Origin: Haliotis rubra
Taxonomy: Eukaryota
Assembly (NCBI RefSeq): GCF_003918875.1
Contig: NW_025767009.1
Location: forward strand, 558,001-622,000
Direction: 5' to 3'
DNA length: 64,000 bases
The notes beneath the pieces are model-generated. The model did not search any database. It worked only from the letters and a program-made list of their open reading frames with translations, and was not told the DNA's origin. Of this stretch, positions 38,533 to 51,964 are shown in pieces (positions within the stretch are counted from its first letter, which is position 1; each line of letters starts with the position of its first letter). Made by a program: the position numbers and the translations under genes.

Positions 38533-38640
38533 GGGCCTAGATTTTCGAAGCTCTCTTAGCGCTAAGATAGTCGTAAGTGCCATGCATTAACATAAACTTA
38601 CAACTATCTTAGCGCTAAGAGAGCTTCGAAAATCTCAGCT
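38533..38640. mobile_element. Palindromic MITE, second copy (opposite orientation to 36520)
   Basis: Same arms; the spacer is approximately the reverse complement of the 36520 spacer. Confidence 0.88.
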
Positions 38641-38896
38641 ACTAACATATCATCACGTACTTAATCACAACAATATCACGAACAAAAGTAGTATCATAAA
38701 CATTCGGTTACTTAACAGGATATCAGTAAAAACAGCATCATTTACTATACACTGTGTACCAATACAATCTTCCCTTCTCTCTCTCCCTCCTTCCCTCTCT
38801 CTCCGTCCCTATCTCTCCACCCATCTCTCTCGCTTGTGTACGACGTTCATCTTGCTGGAATACACATCTACACAAACCACAAAATGACCTATCCCC

Positions 38897-39136
38897 NNNN
38901 NNNNNNNNNNNNNNNNNNNNNNNNNNNNNNNNNNNNNNNNNNNNNNNNNNNNNNNNNNNNNNNNNNNNNNNNNNNNNNNNNNNNNNNNNNNNNNNNNNNN
39001 NNNNNNNNNNNNNNNNNNNNNNNNNNNNNNNNNNNNNNNNNNNNNNNNNNNNNNNNNNNNNNNNNNNNNNNNNNNNNNNNNNNNNNNNNNNNNNNNNNNN
39101 NNNNNNNNNNNNNNNNNNNNNNNNNNNNNNNNNNNN
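38897..39136. other. Assembly gap
   Basis: N run. Confidence 1.
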
Positions 39137-39573
39137 CACTCTCTCTCACACACTCTCTCCTGTGTACAACGTTTAGCTATAAATATAGCTCTCTTCTTGC
39201 TGGGTAACACATCTATACATACAACAAAATGACAACTCTCTCTGTCATCTAATTGCTGTAACTCTCCCTCCAAACACTATCTGCATAGATGTCCCTGGCG
39301 CTGTACACATTAGGGAGATGTACGACGTCTGGGTCAATATCAAATATTTCCTCCTCGTATAATAGTTGATGTCTGTGATTAGTTTGTTTAATCAAAGACG
39401 TTCTGTTATGTGCTCACTGTAGCTAATGGGTCGGGAGGAAATGCCAGCTCAATTCTAGAGTCCCTGGAGATATGAATCACTTTCGTTTAGACATCTTTGT
39501 TCATCCAACTTGGAAGTTGTCTATCATGAGAGTGTTTCATTATTCTGTTAATAATTTTGTATTGTAAGTAATG

Positions 39574-39811
39574 TGGGTGAGTGAGTGAGTTTAGTTTTAC
39601 GTCGCACTCAGCAATATTCCATCAATACGGCGGTGGACTGTAAATATCAAGTCTGGACCAGCCAATCCGGTGATCAACAACATGAGCATCGATCTACGCA
39701 ATTGGGGTACAATTGACATGTGTCAACCAAGTCAGCGAGCCTGACCACCCGATGCCGTTAATCGCCTCTTACGACAAGCATGGGTTACTGAATATTAATT
39801 CTAACCCGGGT
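39574..39811 (-). mobile_element. Retroposon family B (first ~10 nt missing)
   Basis: Perfect 14-bp TSD tattgtaagtaatg (39560-39573 / 39812-39825). Confidence 0.93.
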
Positions 39812-40067
39812 TATTGTAAGTAATGAGGGGAGAGAGTAATCTTACTCCTATAGAATGATGGTGTAATTTGTTCCCAATAATATCACTTTTGTAGATAAAG
39901 TATATTTTAAATAGGGAAAAATACATTGTAGCCATGCCGCGGCGTTGCACGTGTTTGTGACAGATGCCTCCGACGAGGCAGGATCCATTCACTTTAACAC
40001 GACCGTGGTATCATCACCATGCGATAATGTCTTCTACAGTTTTCGCACGATCATGAAATGGCTGTTG

Positions 40068-40170
40068 TCACTGTTTGAATCTTCTAAATGTAGTGACAAC
40101 GATACGACATTTTCATTTTCACTGTTTGAATCTTCTAAATGTAGTGACAATGATACGACATTTTCATTTT
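40068..40170. repeat. 51-bp tandem duplication
   Basis: Two copies, at 40068 and 40119, with one mismatch. Confidence 0.93.
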
Positions 40171-41991
40171 CGAATAGTTCTTGAGAAGTTGAAGGCAGTC
40201 TTGCAAAGGTAGCTATAGGGCTGGTTTAACACTGCTTGGATCAATATTTCAGAATTGATCACGTCATGTGAAGATATAACTATTCTGAAATGAGTCTTCG
40301 TACTTTCTGATTACAAGTTTAAAAAAGAAGTACCAGATGAAACATTTTGTCTTGAAGCTTATCAGTCCTCTTGTGGTAGTGTTATGCTTCCACTTGGTGT
40401 ACACAATCTCCTAAAATAGATACTCGTTAAATACCCTTGTCTGCAAATGTAATTGAAGGAGATCTGGTGATAAGGTTTTGTGTTTTCTGCTGGAACTGTC
40501 CTATATCGGGAGTGCTGTAAGTCAGGTTTTCGCCAATGTGAAGCGATGAGACTGGGAACCACAGTTCTAAAAGTCAAATCATCAAACAATCTGCGAAACA
40601 TCTCACAAATTGTGAATAAGATCCCGCTTCACGACATGTAGTGAAACAATGCTCTTTCACTATGACGACTGCACGGTAAACTCATTTGCATGACGTCATT
40701 GGCGACATTGCTCTGTGTGATGTCGTCAATAGAATGACGTGGCACAACATGACTCAAATTGGTGCATTAAAATGTGTTTCTTTTTTAGAGCTGGACATTT
40801 TACCCATATGCTGTGAAACCAAATTTGAAAAGTTAAATGTTATTTATCACAGCATTTCAGTATGCAAAACTATTAAAAGGTTTGTGATTTCACTATGGCT
40901 CTGTAGCAAAGTGTGAACTAGTAACATGCGCATTAACACCTTATTTCCTTATTTAATAATAATGGATAGCAGTAATGCGCCAGTTTCCACGCACTTGTGC
41001 ATGCTCAAAGTGCTAACGCATTACTACCCGTTGTTCATTATTTGGCCCGTTAGATTAAGTAATAAAGGTTTAAGACATGTAATGAAACGCTACAAATAAT
41101 AAAGCCAGACAGGCAATCTGTCTGTCGGTAAAATGCGGACATACTTAATGTGGAATAATAGCTTTAAGTGGACATGGTGCTGATGGATCAAGATCCAAAC
41201 TTTAAATTTTGGAATCGAACCCGAACAACATCTGGGATGCAGTACCCAATACCGCTGGACCACTCGTAGCCTGCAGAATAAATAAGAACCATGATTGGGT
41301 GTATACAATTACCAATAAAAAAGGTCCTTGGAGTTGTAACAGTGATATTATCCTAATAGTGATCTAATTTCAGCCGGGGGTTGACAACATATTCGTATTT
41401 CAAATCGTCGGTTCATCTTTCAAGGTTTTGTACAAATTAGTGAAGATTGTGGAGATCAGGGTAAAATAATGTTACATGTGACCTGGACAATAAATAAACA
41501 ACAAAGATTACGAAAGTCTTTGAATGCCTAAGTAACATTTTAAAGGGCTGGATGCTGTTTGATGTTTATCATTGCCCGTACGCGTGTTATTTGATGTAGA
41601 AACTAGCTAGAATTTGAAAGAAGAAATATGAGTTATACTACAGTTCACATAAAGCTACCTGAATCAAATGTCCATCACCTACCTTTAAGACTGAATTATA
41701 TTTCTCCTACTGTTGAAAGAGAATGTGCTGAAAAAATATCCAATTTTATAATTCAGTTGTAATCAACTTGGCACAGACCGACAGGGAGAACATATACTCC
41801 AATATCTCTCCCTGTTTTGACATATTTGAAAACATACTCGACACCTTAAGATAATATTTTTGTCACATTAAAAACTTCAGGTGAAGTGCTGCGTGTTTAG
41901 AGCCGTGTTTGTCCATTGAAATTGTAATTAAATGACATGCAGGGCGGGGGTCACTTACTTTGTACATAAATTGTACATGCTCCTTCATAAC

Positions 41992-41993
<2 letters not shown>

Positions 41994-42028
<35 letters not shown>
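41994..42028. repeat. (ATC)n microsatellite
   Basis: Direct observation. Confidence 0.95.
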
Positions 42029-42029
<1 letters not shown>

Positions 42030-42745
42030 CACACCACACACACACACTCCCCAGCCATACCCTATAAGTAACAGTGCATCCATCCTTGTTTAAAGTTACA
42101 AAGTTACACCTCACACTTCCATGTCCCCATGACTAAACTTAGAGAACGCTCCCTTTAAAATTATCAACAATTAATTTCAACTTGGGCATGTGTGTGTTTC
42201 CCATAGTTAAACCTGCTTAGCGAGTCAGCGCCTGGGATGACAGGTTGTCATAAGTGGCAATGTCTTAGAAGTAGGAAGATAATGGTTTCAACATTTATCA
42301 GCAGCCGTGAAACCCTGCCTTGTCGCAGTACTGTCTACACGTTAAGAGATGTGATGTGTGTTGACATATAAGAAGAGAATGCTTCACTAATCTACCATGC
42401 CAGTTTACCGGATATGTGAACTCCCAACGATAGCAGCTGACATTAAGAGTCGGTCGTACGCTCCGTTATAAATAAATAATGCAGAAAACATTTATCTAAA
42501 TTAGTATTCGTAAGTACATTTCTTAAAATTTATTGTGAAACACTGAACGGTCTATGTGCATCTCGAGCTCTGGTGACATTATCGGTAGAACTCGCTGACC
42601 TGAAATTAGAACGCTATGGGTGAGTTGAGATGAGATGGGGTTCAGCGTCGGGTTAAAAATTATGGAGCTTGCTTGCAAATATTTGTATGTGGATGTGTGC
42701 TTTTAGCACGTCTGTTTTATTGTACTGGCATGTGTAGCTGTCCAC

Positions 42746-43735
42746 AGGAGAGAGAGAGAGTGAGAGAGAGATAGCCTCGTAGAGAAAGAGAGAGAGGAGA
42801 GAGATAAAGAGAGAGAGAGTGAGAGAGTTGAGACAGTCATTGTTGAAAAAATAGTTGTTTTTACAAATGCCACGGAGAGAGTGATAGATGAGGGTTTTAC
42901 TGAAAGAGAAAAGAGTGAGAGAAAGAGAGAGGAGAGAGTGAGAGGGAAGGTTGCTGAAAGCGCGCCAGTTTTATATAGTTAAGCATGTGTATCATTGGCA
43001 GCACACATTTTAGAGAGTGAGAGAGAGAACCCTGCGTGTGAGAGAGAGAGAAGGAGTCGTACACAGTATATAGTCGAAGAAATGCCTTGTTTTACAAAAC
43101 CACTGCACGGAGAGAGTGATACAGAGGAAAGAGAGGGTGGAGAAATGAATAGTTAAGATGCCTTGTTTTACTGAAACCCTGCAGGGTAGGGATGGACAGA
43201 GGAGAGACAGTATAGAGTTAAGATGCCTTGTTTTACTGAAAGAGGAAGGAGCTGTACACAGTATATAGTTAGGAGATGCCTTGTTTTGCCTGAAACCCGA
43301 GAGTAGGAGTTGTGCGTGGAGTAGACAGTATATAGTTAAGATGCCTTGTTTTACTGAAACCCTGCGTGGAGTTGTACACAGTATATAGTTAAGATGCCTT
43401 GTTTTACTGAAACCCTGCGTGGAGTTGTACACAGTATATAGTTAAGATGCCTTGTTTTACTGAAACCCTGCGTGGAGTTGTACACAGTATATAGTTAAGA
43501 TGCCTTGTTTTACTGAAACCCTGCGTGGAGTTGTACACAGTATATAGTTAAGATGCCTTGTTTTACTGAAACCCTGCATGGAGTTGTACACAGTATATAG
43601 TTAAGATGCCTTGTTTTACTGAAACCCTGCGTGGAGTTGTACACAGTATATAGTTAAGATGCCTTGTTTTACTGAAACCCTGCGTGGAGTTGTACACAGT
43701 ATATAGTTAAGATGCCTTGTTTTACTGAAACCCTG
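42746..43735. repeat. AG-rich low-complexity tract grading into a 53-bp minisatellite (about 7.7 near-perfect copies at 43328-43735)
   Basis: Unit GTATATAGTTAAGATGCCTTGTTTTACTGAAACCCTGCGTGGAGTTGTACACA. Confidence 0.95.
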
Positions 43736-44355
43736 TTAAGTTACCCAGTTACTACTTTTGCTCATGATGTTGTTGTGATTAAGTACCCGATGATACGCTA
43801 TTTGGAGTGCATATACTAGCACATATCAGAGAAACAACATAGGCTCCAGAAATGTTGTACTCACTGTGTTTGTAAGGGAAATGTATTGCGAGTATTGTAG
43901 AATATCGATTCTCAAAGTGCTACGTGTTCATTTCTTTCTTAACATGTGGCATCATAAGTCATAACCTGTAACACACTTATGTCACATATATCGATAGGAA
44001 CCACCAAACAGTCGCTTCATATTCAATAAGTTCTTTATATAGTTACGTCCTTTTTCACTTCAGTTATTTTTCTGGTCTTATCATGTCAATATTGTTCCTG
44101 CACGGCCTTCCCAGAGGACGTTAGTTTGGTCAATTTGGCACAAGTAAACATACCTGTTCAAACAATAACACACATGGCTTCTTTCTTCAGCATGTTCTTT
44201 TAGGTACATGATCTAGGTGACTTTGTAGTCTTTGTTCAGTTTTTGCCTGAATGATCACGCAGGCTCACGTCACTGAACATTTAAAGCATGTCGTTTGTAG
44301 ATTTCAGTATAGCATTGTATAGTCATGGGCGATGATTGTGATTGTTATTGACAAG

Positions 44356-44564
44356 AGTGAGTGAGTTTAGTTTTACGCCGCACTCAGCAATATTCCAGCT
44401 ATATGGCAGCGGTCTGTAAATAATCGAGTCTGGACCAGACAATCCAGTGTTCAACAGCATGAGCATCGATCTACGCAATTGGCATATGTTGAGATGTGTC
44501 AGCGAGCCTGACCACCCAATCCCGTGGGTTACTGAATATCAATTCTAACCCGGATCTTCACGAG
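44356..44564 (-). mobile_element. Retroposon family B with internal deletions
   Basis: TSD ttattgacaag (44345-44355 / 44568-44578); lacks the GTCG-TAAGAGG-CGAC hairpin. Confidence 0.92.
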
Positions 44565-45301
44565 TCATTATTGACAAGTAGGTATGTTATGTACATACAA
44601 TATATCAGAAGGTATGTCCTATAATACATGATACATGTCTGTATTTGTATATGTTTAATGATGAAACCATGTCCCATGGCATCTGTTATAGTTAATAGAG
44701 ATATAGTATAGATGGCCTTATGCTGTCAGAAATCAGCGGGGAACTGCAATAGTAATGAGCCGATCCTCTCAAACGACGTGAAGAGAATGCGATGCATTCT
44801 AATGTTTCTAGACGCTTCTTCCTTTCTCTGTCATAACATATGGCGTCTTGATTTCGCCATTTGTAAATCAGTGACACGCGTTGTGAGGTTTTTATATAGC
44901 CTCTCAACATATGCTGCTGTTTGTTGGGATGAACTCCCAATTGTAAGCATCCATTTAGTTATATCAAGATGATCTTGTGATGTAGGTGTATTGTCATTTG
45001 CAGAAGTCGGTTCAACAGTTACTGACGAACGTTCTGGAGCTGACAATACCTTGACAAATAAGAAATCATGATAAGAATGGCAGAAGATTCAAACTTGACT
45101 ATTAGAGCAACATGTATCCTTAAATAACATTTTGAAACATTCAATCAAAATGAGAAAAATATATAATATAACGATTACAGATATATACTTTGACGGTTAG
45201 ACCTAAATAATGCATTATATAAAAGTCGGACTTCCATGATACATGATCTGAAGTTAGGAGTGATACTATATGTGACTTAACAGTCAAGTTGTGGTGATCT
45301 G

Positions 45302-45459
45302 TTTGACCTGATTGTCAGGTCTTGGTGACATACCTTCCAACTTCCGACTTTGATGATAAATAATCAGGGTCAGGTCAAGGCTCGGTGACATTTGACCTGA
45401 TTGTCAGGTTTTGGTGACATATCTTCCAACTTCTGACTTTGATGACATAACCAGGGTCA
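45302..45459. repeat. About 70-bp direct duplication (about 89-bp period)
   Basis: tttgacctgattgtcaggtYttggtgacata...cagggtca occurs twice. Confidence 0.85.
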
Positions 45460-46473
45460 ATAATTAAAACCCAAAAGAACAAAAAAAAACTAAAATTCGA
45501 GACATGAAATTCAACATTAAGTTTACAACGGAGAAAGTTTAGTTACTCTTCACATTGAATTCCAACTGATAATTGTTTGCACATTCCTGCGGTGGAGGTC
45601 GATGTTCACATTATCGACCCTCAGTTTGAAAGGTCTGAGCCTCGCGCTTTTACCACCCGTCATGACAGAGCTGGTACACATCAGAGGACGACGTAAAAAT
45701 CAATCCACACACACGTTTTACTTTAACAAACTAAGTGTACCCCATTACAGCACAATGGAGTATCTACATAACCTCACTGCTGGTGCGAGGGGCGTATATC
45801 AGCGTTGTTTATGTCGACTGAGGAATCCGTATGATAAGGTATTGATTTTAACCATTTCCAATTGACAGTGCCGGGCGATATCTGATGGTGCTTGATGAAC
45901 TTCCAGAACTGTTTGTGGCACTAACAGCAGCCCAATACCGTCGGATGCAGCCTGGCGTTAACGCTCCCACTAAATCCGATGCAGAGGCGCAATGAATTTG
46001 CTTTACTTAAGTCAATCTTGTCACTGGTTGTCCGCGCAGCCATCTTTATGTTATCCTTCCGAGTACTTTGATCACGTTTTCGAGTTAAGTTAGTCCTGAT
46101 TATCAGATTAGGGGAACATATAGGTGGCCGTTGTTGTTCAGAAGCTCCACGTCTCAGAGTTATCAGCAACACGTTTGTCGGTTTACTTGATATAAGAACT
46201 TTATAAGTATTTCTTACTTGTGCATTCGTTTACATTTGCGAGTTGATCGAGAACAAAGACGGTGGGACTCTTGAATATGTATTTGCTAATCTAATTGTTG
46301 CGATGAAATTCCATCACCGAATATAAACTACATAAACTATAGACAATATAAACCAGATTTGTTTTGACTTAATGAGTTAAACAGAAAAAGTTAATATTAC
46401 AGGGACATATTTGATACTGGTATCAAAGCGCCATCTCGGACCTTAAGTTTTTAGTGTTTTGGCGACTAATTCT

Positions 46474-46625
46474 TGTTTGCTTGTTTGTTTGTTGTTAAAC
46501 GCCGCACTCAGCAATATTCCAGCTGTATGACGGTGGACTGTAAATAATCGAGTCTGGACCAGACAATCCAGTGATCAACATCATGAGCGTCGATCTACGT
46601 AATTGGGATACGATGGATTGTGTCA
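46474..46625 (-). mobile_element. Retroposon family B, 3' half only
   Basis: Tail and 3' body match family B. Confidence 0.85.
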
Positions 46626-49139
46626 ATCGATCTGTGGCTGACTTCAGCCTAGTAACAACTAACATTTGTAAGTTTTGCTTAAATCCAATTCCGAGTTTAT
46701 GCTGAAATGTTTACCTTATTACCGCCAATGATTCGGTGCCTACGTCAAATCTGTCATAACTACCTGATAGAATCGAATTCGGACTATGGAACCGGTGACT
46801 GAAAGCATGAACACCGAATGGCGACGTCGGGTTACGATGACACCTAGTCACCTGTCACAGAACCTGTTTTAGTTCATCTTACATGCAAGAGTTACTGCGG
46901 ACCGACTCAGACCCGGAGTCTATAGTTAAAGCTAAACAATGTATAAAAAAGAAAACGAGAATGCAATGTTTAGCTTATTTCCTTCGAGCTTGATACAATC
47001 TATGAATGTTATACAAGCAACAATGAACAAGAAAATAATTAGAAAATCGGTATCACACGGGGTTGCCGTTATATGACGCAGTGGTAGTATCGTTGGTTTC
47101 ATATTGGTAGACTGTTTTTATCTAAAGAAATCGACAGCTGTACTCATGTTTTTAAAGTAACGAGTTTTTAAAGAAACTCAAAACAATAGTAAAAGAAGCT
47201 GAGCGCGCATGACAGTTAAGATTAATTATCGTGTTCTCACACAAGGAATACGTTCGACATTACACACAACTTGAAATATTTCACCAGCACAGTGCAAGTT
47301 AGAATTGTGTCTCTTCTTATACTCACCAGATTAAATAATCACATTATTTTGAATTAAAGAATCGATTTTAAGTCCACATGAAGTTAAGGTCCAAATGACC
47401 TTTAAATAACGCACTGTAGTGATCGAGTGAGTGAGTGATTTGAACATTATTCCTTTTTGAGTATTATTGCTTACAGAGACAATTCTGCATATATTGTTAC
47501 AAACACCATATAATCCCAAATACTAAATATTATGATTCTTGATACCACGTATATGTGAATACGAGGAACTTGGAAACTGACCAAATATTACTCTAGTTAT
47601 AAGACGCTCTAAAATACTTAAACAACAGCGACGCGTTTTGCTCATTTCAGAGTTAAATTAAATTCAAAAGTAGTTGACAAGGCAAGTTAGTAAGATTAAT
47701 CTAAGTTAGCGTGTCTATCCATCACAAGCTGCAGCTGCAGACGCTGATGATGACGTCTTTTCTTCCGACAGCGCAACAGGTGGTTTAACTGTTGCACGCA
47801 GTATTTGTGCAGAACCACTGACATGTACACAAACGTAATTAGTGCGAACCTATTGACTGTGAACTAACGTGATTACTATTGACTGTTCTGCCACCGTTGG
47901 CTAAGACTATTTAGCCACGGAGTCTGATTGCCTTAAACACTGACCTGTCGCAACGATGCTTGTGACGCTGACGCCGACGACAATGATGATGCAAGTTAAT
48001 CTCAACATGGTTGGTAGAGTTTAAGGCACTCCAAAGTCCTAATCACTTGAACATTCTGGTAGGAATACTTCCCAGTGAACACTAGTGTCATAACTTGGAG
48101 AAGATCACTCTCCCGGTCTTCTTCGACTGTTCTGACTGCCTGCTTAGAAGGGCAATCCTGTATTGTAGTTGATCCACCCCTAGAACAGACTTTAACGGTT
48201 GATCATTGGCGAAGCGGTTCCATCGACCAATGGACGGCTACGCTGAGGCAGCAAGCCTAACAAACAGCCAATGAGTTGTGAGAGCGATCAGAAGAACACT
48301 TACCCCCACCGAGTATCGCCTTGAGAAATAGCGATTAGATCAAATCTTGGAATCACAAACACAGTAATAATTGATAGAGCAAGTGCTTCGCTGTGCTGGA
48401 GCTCCGGCCACGATGAGATATCGCTGATCCAATGGTCTGCTGTATCGATCAACGGTACATTGAAGATTTGGCCAATCTTTACTCTCATTTCGGGGATTCT
48501 GGGGTTCAAAAACTGATTCGGAAGTTAAGGGTGGTCTTGACCCTGCTCATGGCACGACAAAATGGTCAATATTCCGATCAATGTTTTATGATAAATATGT
48601 TTAGATGGGAGGTACTTTCATGGGAGTGATTCTTGCTATAACTCGAGTTGTGTACTGCTCCTAAAATGTATTTGAGAACGATGGAACCAAAGTTATTTTC
48701 ATTTATTATACAAAAGTTACCGTACGCGGGATCTGTACAAACCAATCGATGCTTCATGTAACTAACGTACTTCATATGTGTTTCAAGGTCTATCGATGTT
48801 GTGCGCCTTGTAATGGGAATTGGGTGTAACATGCTTTTTTAATCCAGCGCAGATACAAAACACAGCTGGACTTCCAATCCCATGACTGTTTCCGCCACCA
48901 AATAACAATAACTCATTTTTCAGATCAGGAGTACACTTTATGTTCATTTTCCCATAAAATGAACGGCAGTCCATCAATTGTTGGTGTATCGAACGCGCAG
49001 TAAGGTACCAGTCGTGAAGAGATCTGGACCTGATCTACATCGATTAGAGAGGATTATCACTAGCGCTATCTAAATGTGTCTTTTTCTCATCACTTAGTCT
49101 GATTCAAATAATTACGAGATGTCTGAATGCATTCACGTG

Positions 49140-49430
49140 TAGCAGGGGGCGTCTCAACGTCCTTGCAGGTGACAAGGGATCGTCTCGAGAGCTTCATACA
49201 GACAATTCGTGACAGTCAGTTCCGGTTGTGTGAGAGGAATTGCAGCGTCATGAACGACCACTTCTACGGTCATGGGAGTTGATGCCATCTGCGGAGGCCT
49301 CATCTTGTCGTGTTCACAGACAGGTCCTGGCCACAACTGGACATGTGCAAAGCAGTGGAAAACTGCCTGGATTTGCTCTGTGGACAGATCTGTATGTGAA
49401 ATGCGTGCTACCATGAGGGCGAGCTGACAT
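49140..49430 (-). pseudogene. Possible highly decayed Tc1 N-terminal fragment
   Basis: One minus-strand frame gives DRRSGRS and SPARTLRRPL (compare RSGRP and SxRTVRRRL), with stops. Confidence 0.3.
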
Positions 49431-49594
49431 TCAAGAATATTCCTGAGTGTCACAAAACAGTGTGACATATTGATTGGATGTGTGTTGGTTGTTTAACGGA
49501 TCAACCTGCTATGTCCCTGTTGTATGGCAATTTGTTTGTTTAATGAAGTACGGGTTAGGCACTGCAGTGGTTGATATGAGCAATGTGCTTCTCA

Positions 49595-49751
49595 NNNNNN
49601 NNNNNNNNNNNNNNNNNNNNNNNNNNNNNNNNNNNNNNNNNNNNNNNNNNNNNNNNNNNNNNNNNNNNNNNNNNNNNNNNNNNNNNNNNNNNNNNNNNNN
49701 NNNNNNNNNNNNNNNNNNNNNNNNNNNNNNNNNNNNNNNNNNNNNNNNNNN
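49595..49751. other. Assembly gap
   Basis: N run. Confidence 1.
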
Positions 49752-51347
49752 TTTCATCAATGTGGTTTGTTAGAAGCACATAACTAGTGATTTATGTAAT
49801 CAACTATTACTTTAAGAATGTAGACCATCAGTATAAAATGTGTGCGTGAGTGAATGAATGACTAAGTGAGTGATCAGTGGGGTGAGCGGGCGAGTGGTAA
49901 AAGCGAGTGAGTGAGTGTGTTTGTTGAGCGATTTTTATTTATTGACGACGTTTATAATCAACAAGTCGTTGCGTTTAACTCCGGTAATAGCCTTTCACGA
50001 CCGGTGACACAAAAACACACTTCACACAGTGTTGGATAAGGAACCCAGGTGGCCTGCATGAGAACCCAGTCCTGACCTGACTAATCGACCATTCCACAGC
50101 AACAAGACATTGACAGATACAGAGAACACGCTGTTTCCCGTGAAAAATGAAATTATATAGTTTTTACAGTTAGCTAAAACCAACCTTACCACACGGAATC
50201 ACCACATAAAAATACATCATTTTGGTAATCGTATTATTATTATTTGATTTACGCTTATGTTTTTTATTGTTTCGTTAGTTGTTTGTTAACCAAAATGGAA
50301 AGACAAAACAAAAAGCATCCTCACATCGTCACCTCCTCTTTAAAGTTTGGACGACAAGGGTGAAATGATGAAATTAAATGAAAAAAACGTGCTTCTGAGA
50401 GTGGTTAATTGAATGACAAAGAAACGGTTACAAGATTCCCACATCAATATTTTTTCGTTTTTATTAACTTTCAATTTTTGAGAGACTTGGCGGCAAAAAG
50501 ACAATTGTTTTTTAAGCTATTTTTTTTATGCCCATTTAAAAAAATTATGGACGTTGAATCATAAAATCAGTTTATACAGAATGTCAAGTATATCAAATAA
50601 TGTGTGAGTTCAGTTAGACAACACGTTGACCACGGTTCCACCAAGATTGTAAGAAACGGAATTGGAAAAACCATGTACTGGCGTTGGGTACCGAAATTTA
50701 GAACAATTTATCCACTTGGCCTATATACCGCTCAAATATTTTAGAAATGATTTTTTTTTCAGGAAATCTAACAGATTTAAGCAAAGCAAAACTTTTCCCC
50801 TATAGGAATCAATCGAGCAGTAATCAAGTCTGAAAGGTCTAACTAATGTGTGGCCTTGATACGTCACCTTGGAATTCAATCACTACTGTAATAACTACCG
50901 TTGGGAACTTACGCTAAAATGAACCATAATGTAGATAGATATACAACGTCACTGCCAGAGAATAACCAGGGTCGATTATCCACCAAAACAGATCCCACTG
51001 GGTGTATAAACTTAAATAGGGGTGAAAATTATTGGGATAGATCACGGGGAATCTTTGATGACACCATGTCCCACCCACTAAGCCTCGTTCTGGAGTAAAG
51101 CAGCGCATGGGCAATAACTACATTTAATCTGACGGCTAATTACTAGTAGTGATGGGGTTTGTGTAAAGAGGGTAGACAAACTGGTCTGTAATTACGTTAT
51201 AGCCACCGACTGCTAGCGCTGTGTAGTTACACTAAAGTACTTTAGTTAGTGTTCAGGAATCACCATGTGTAGAGACAAAGCGAACCCTTGATAGCGCAGT
51301 GCGAGGAGTTGTTTCGGCTGACGCCTCTTACGACAGTATTTCAGTTA

Positions 51348-51964
51348 CACCACGGTCTGTCTGATGGGTGATGGGTAGGTAGGCGGTGGCAGCAACGGCA
51401 TATAGTAGTAGCAGTGGCACCACGGCCTGTCTGATGGGTGATGGGTAGGTAGGCGGTGGCAGCAACGGCATGTAGTAGTAGCAGTGGCACCACGGCCTGT
51501 CTGATGGGTGATGGGTAGGTAGGCGGTGGCAGCAACGGCATGTAGTAGTAGCAGTGGCACCACGGCCTGTCTGATGGGTGATGGGTAGGTAGTCGGTGGC
51601 AGCAACGGCATGTAGTAGTAGCAGTGGCACCACGGCCTGTCTGATGGGTGATGGGTAGGTAGGCGGTGGCAGCAACGGCATGTAGTAGTAGCAGTGGCAC
51701 CACGGCCTGTCTGATGGGTGATGGGTAGGTAGGCGGTGGCAGCAACGGCATGTAGTAGTAGCAGTGGCACCACGGCCTGTCTGATGGGTGATGGGTAGGT
51801 AGTCGGTGGCAGCAACGGCATGTAGTAGTGGCAGTGGCACCACGGCCTGTCTGATGGGTGATGGGTAGGTAGGCGGTGGCAGCAACGGCATGTAGTAGTA
51901 GCAGTGGCACCACGGCCTGTCTGATGGGTGATGGGTAGGTAGGCGGTGGCAGCAACGGCATGTA
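51348..51964. repeat. 70-bp minisatellite, about 8.8 near-identical copies
   Basis: Unit CACGGCCTGTCTGATGGGTGATGGGTAGGTAGGCGGTGGCAGCAACGGCATGTAGTAGTAGCAGTGGCAC. Confidence 0.97.

Noticed and set aside
38738-39273. ORFs containing X runs (also at 49474-49783 and 52587-52946)
   Set aside because: Artefacts of N gaps.
41144-41270. Minus-strand segment with a good acceptor (tttattctgcag) and donor (gtatgt) as an upstream CARP exon
   Set aside because: The open frame ends in phase 2, not the required phase 1, and has no signal-peptide character. It could still be UTR but is unsupported.
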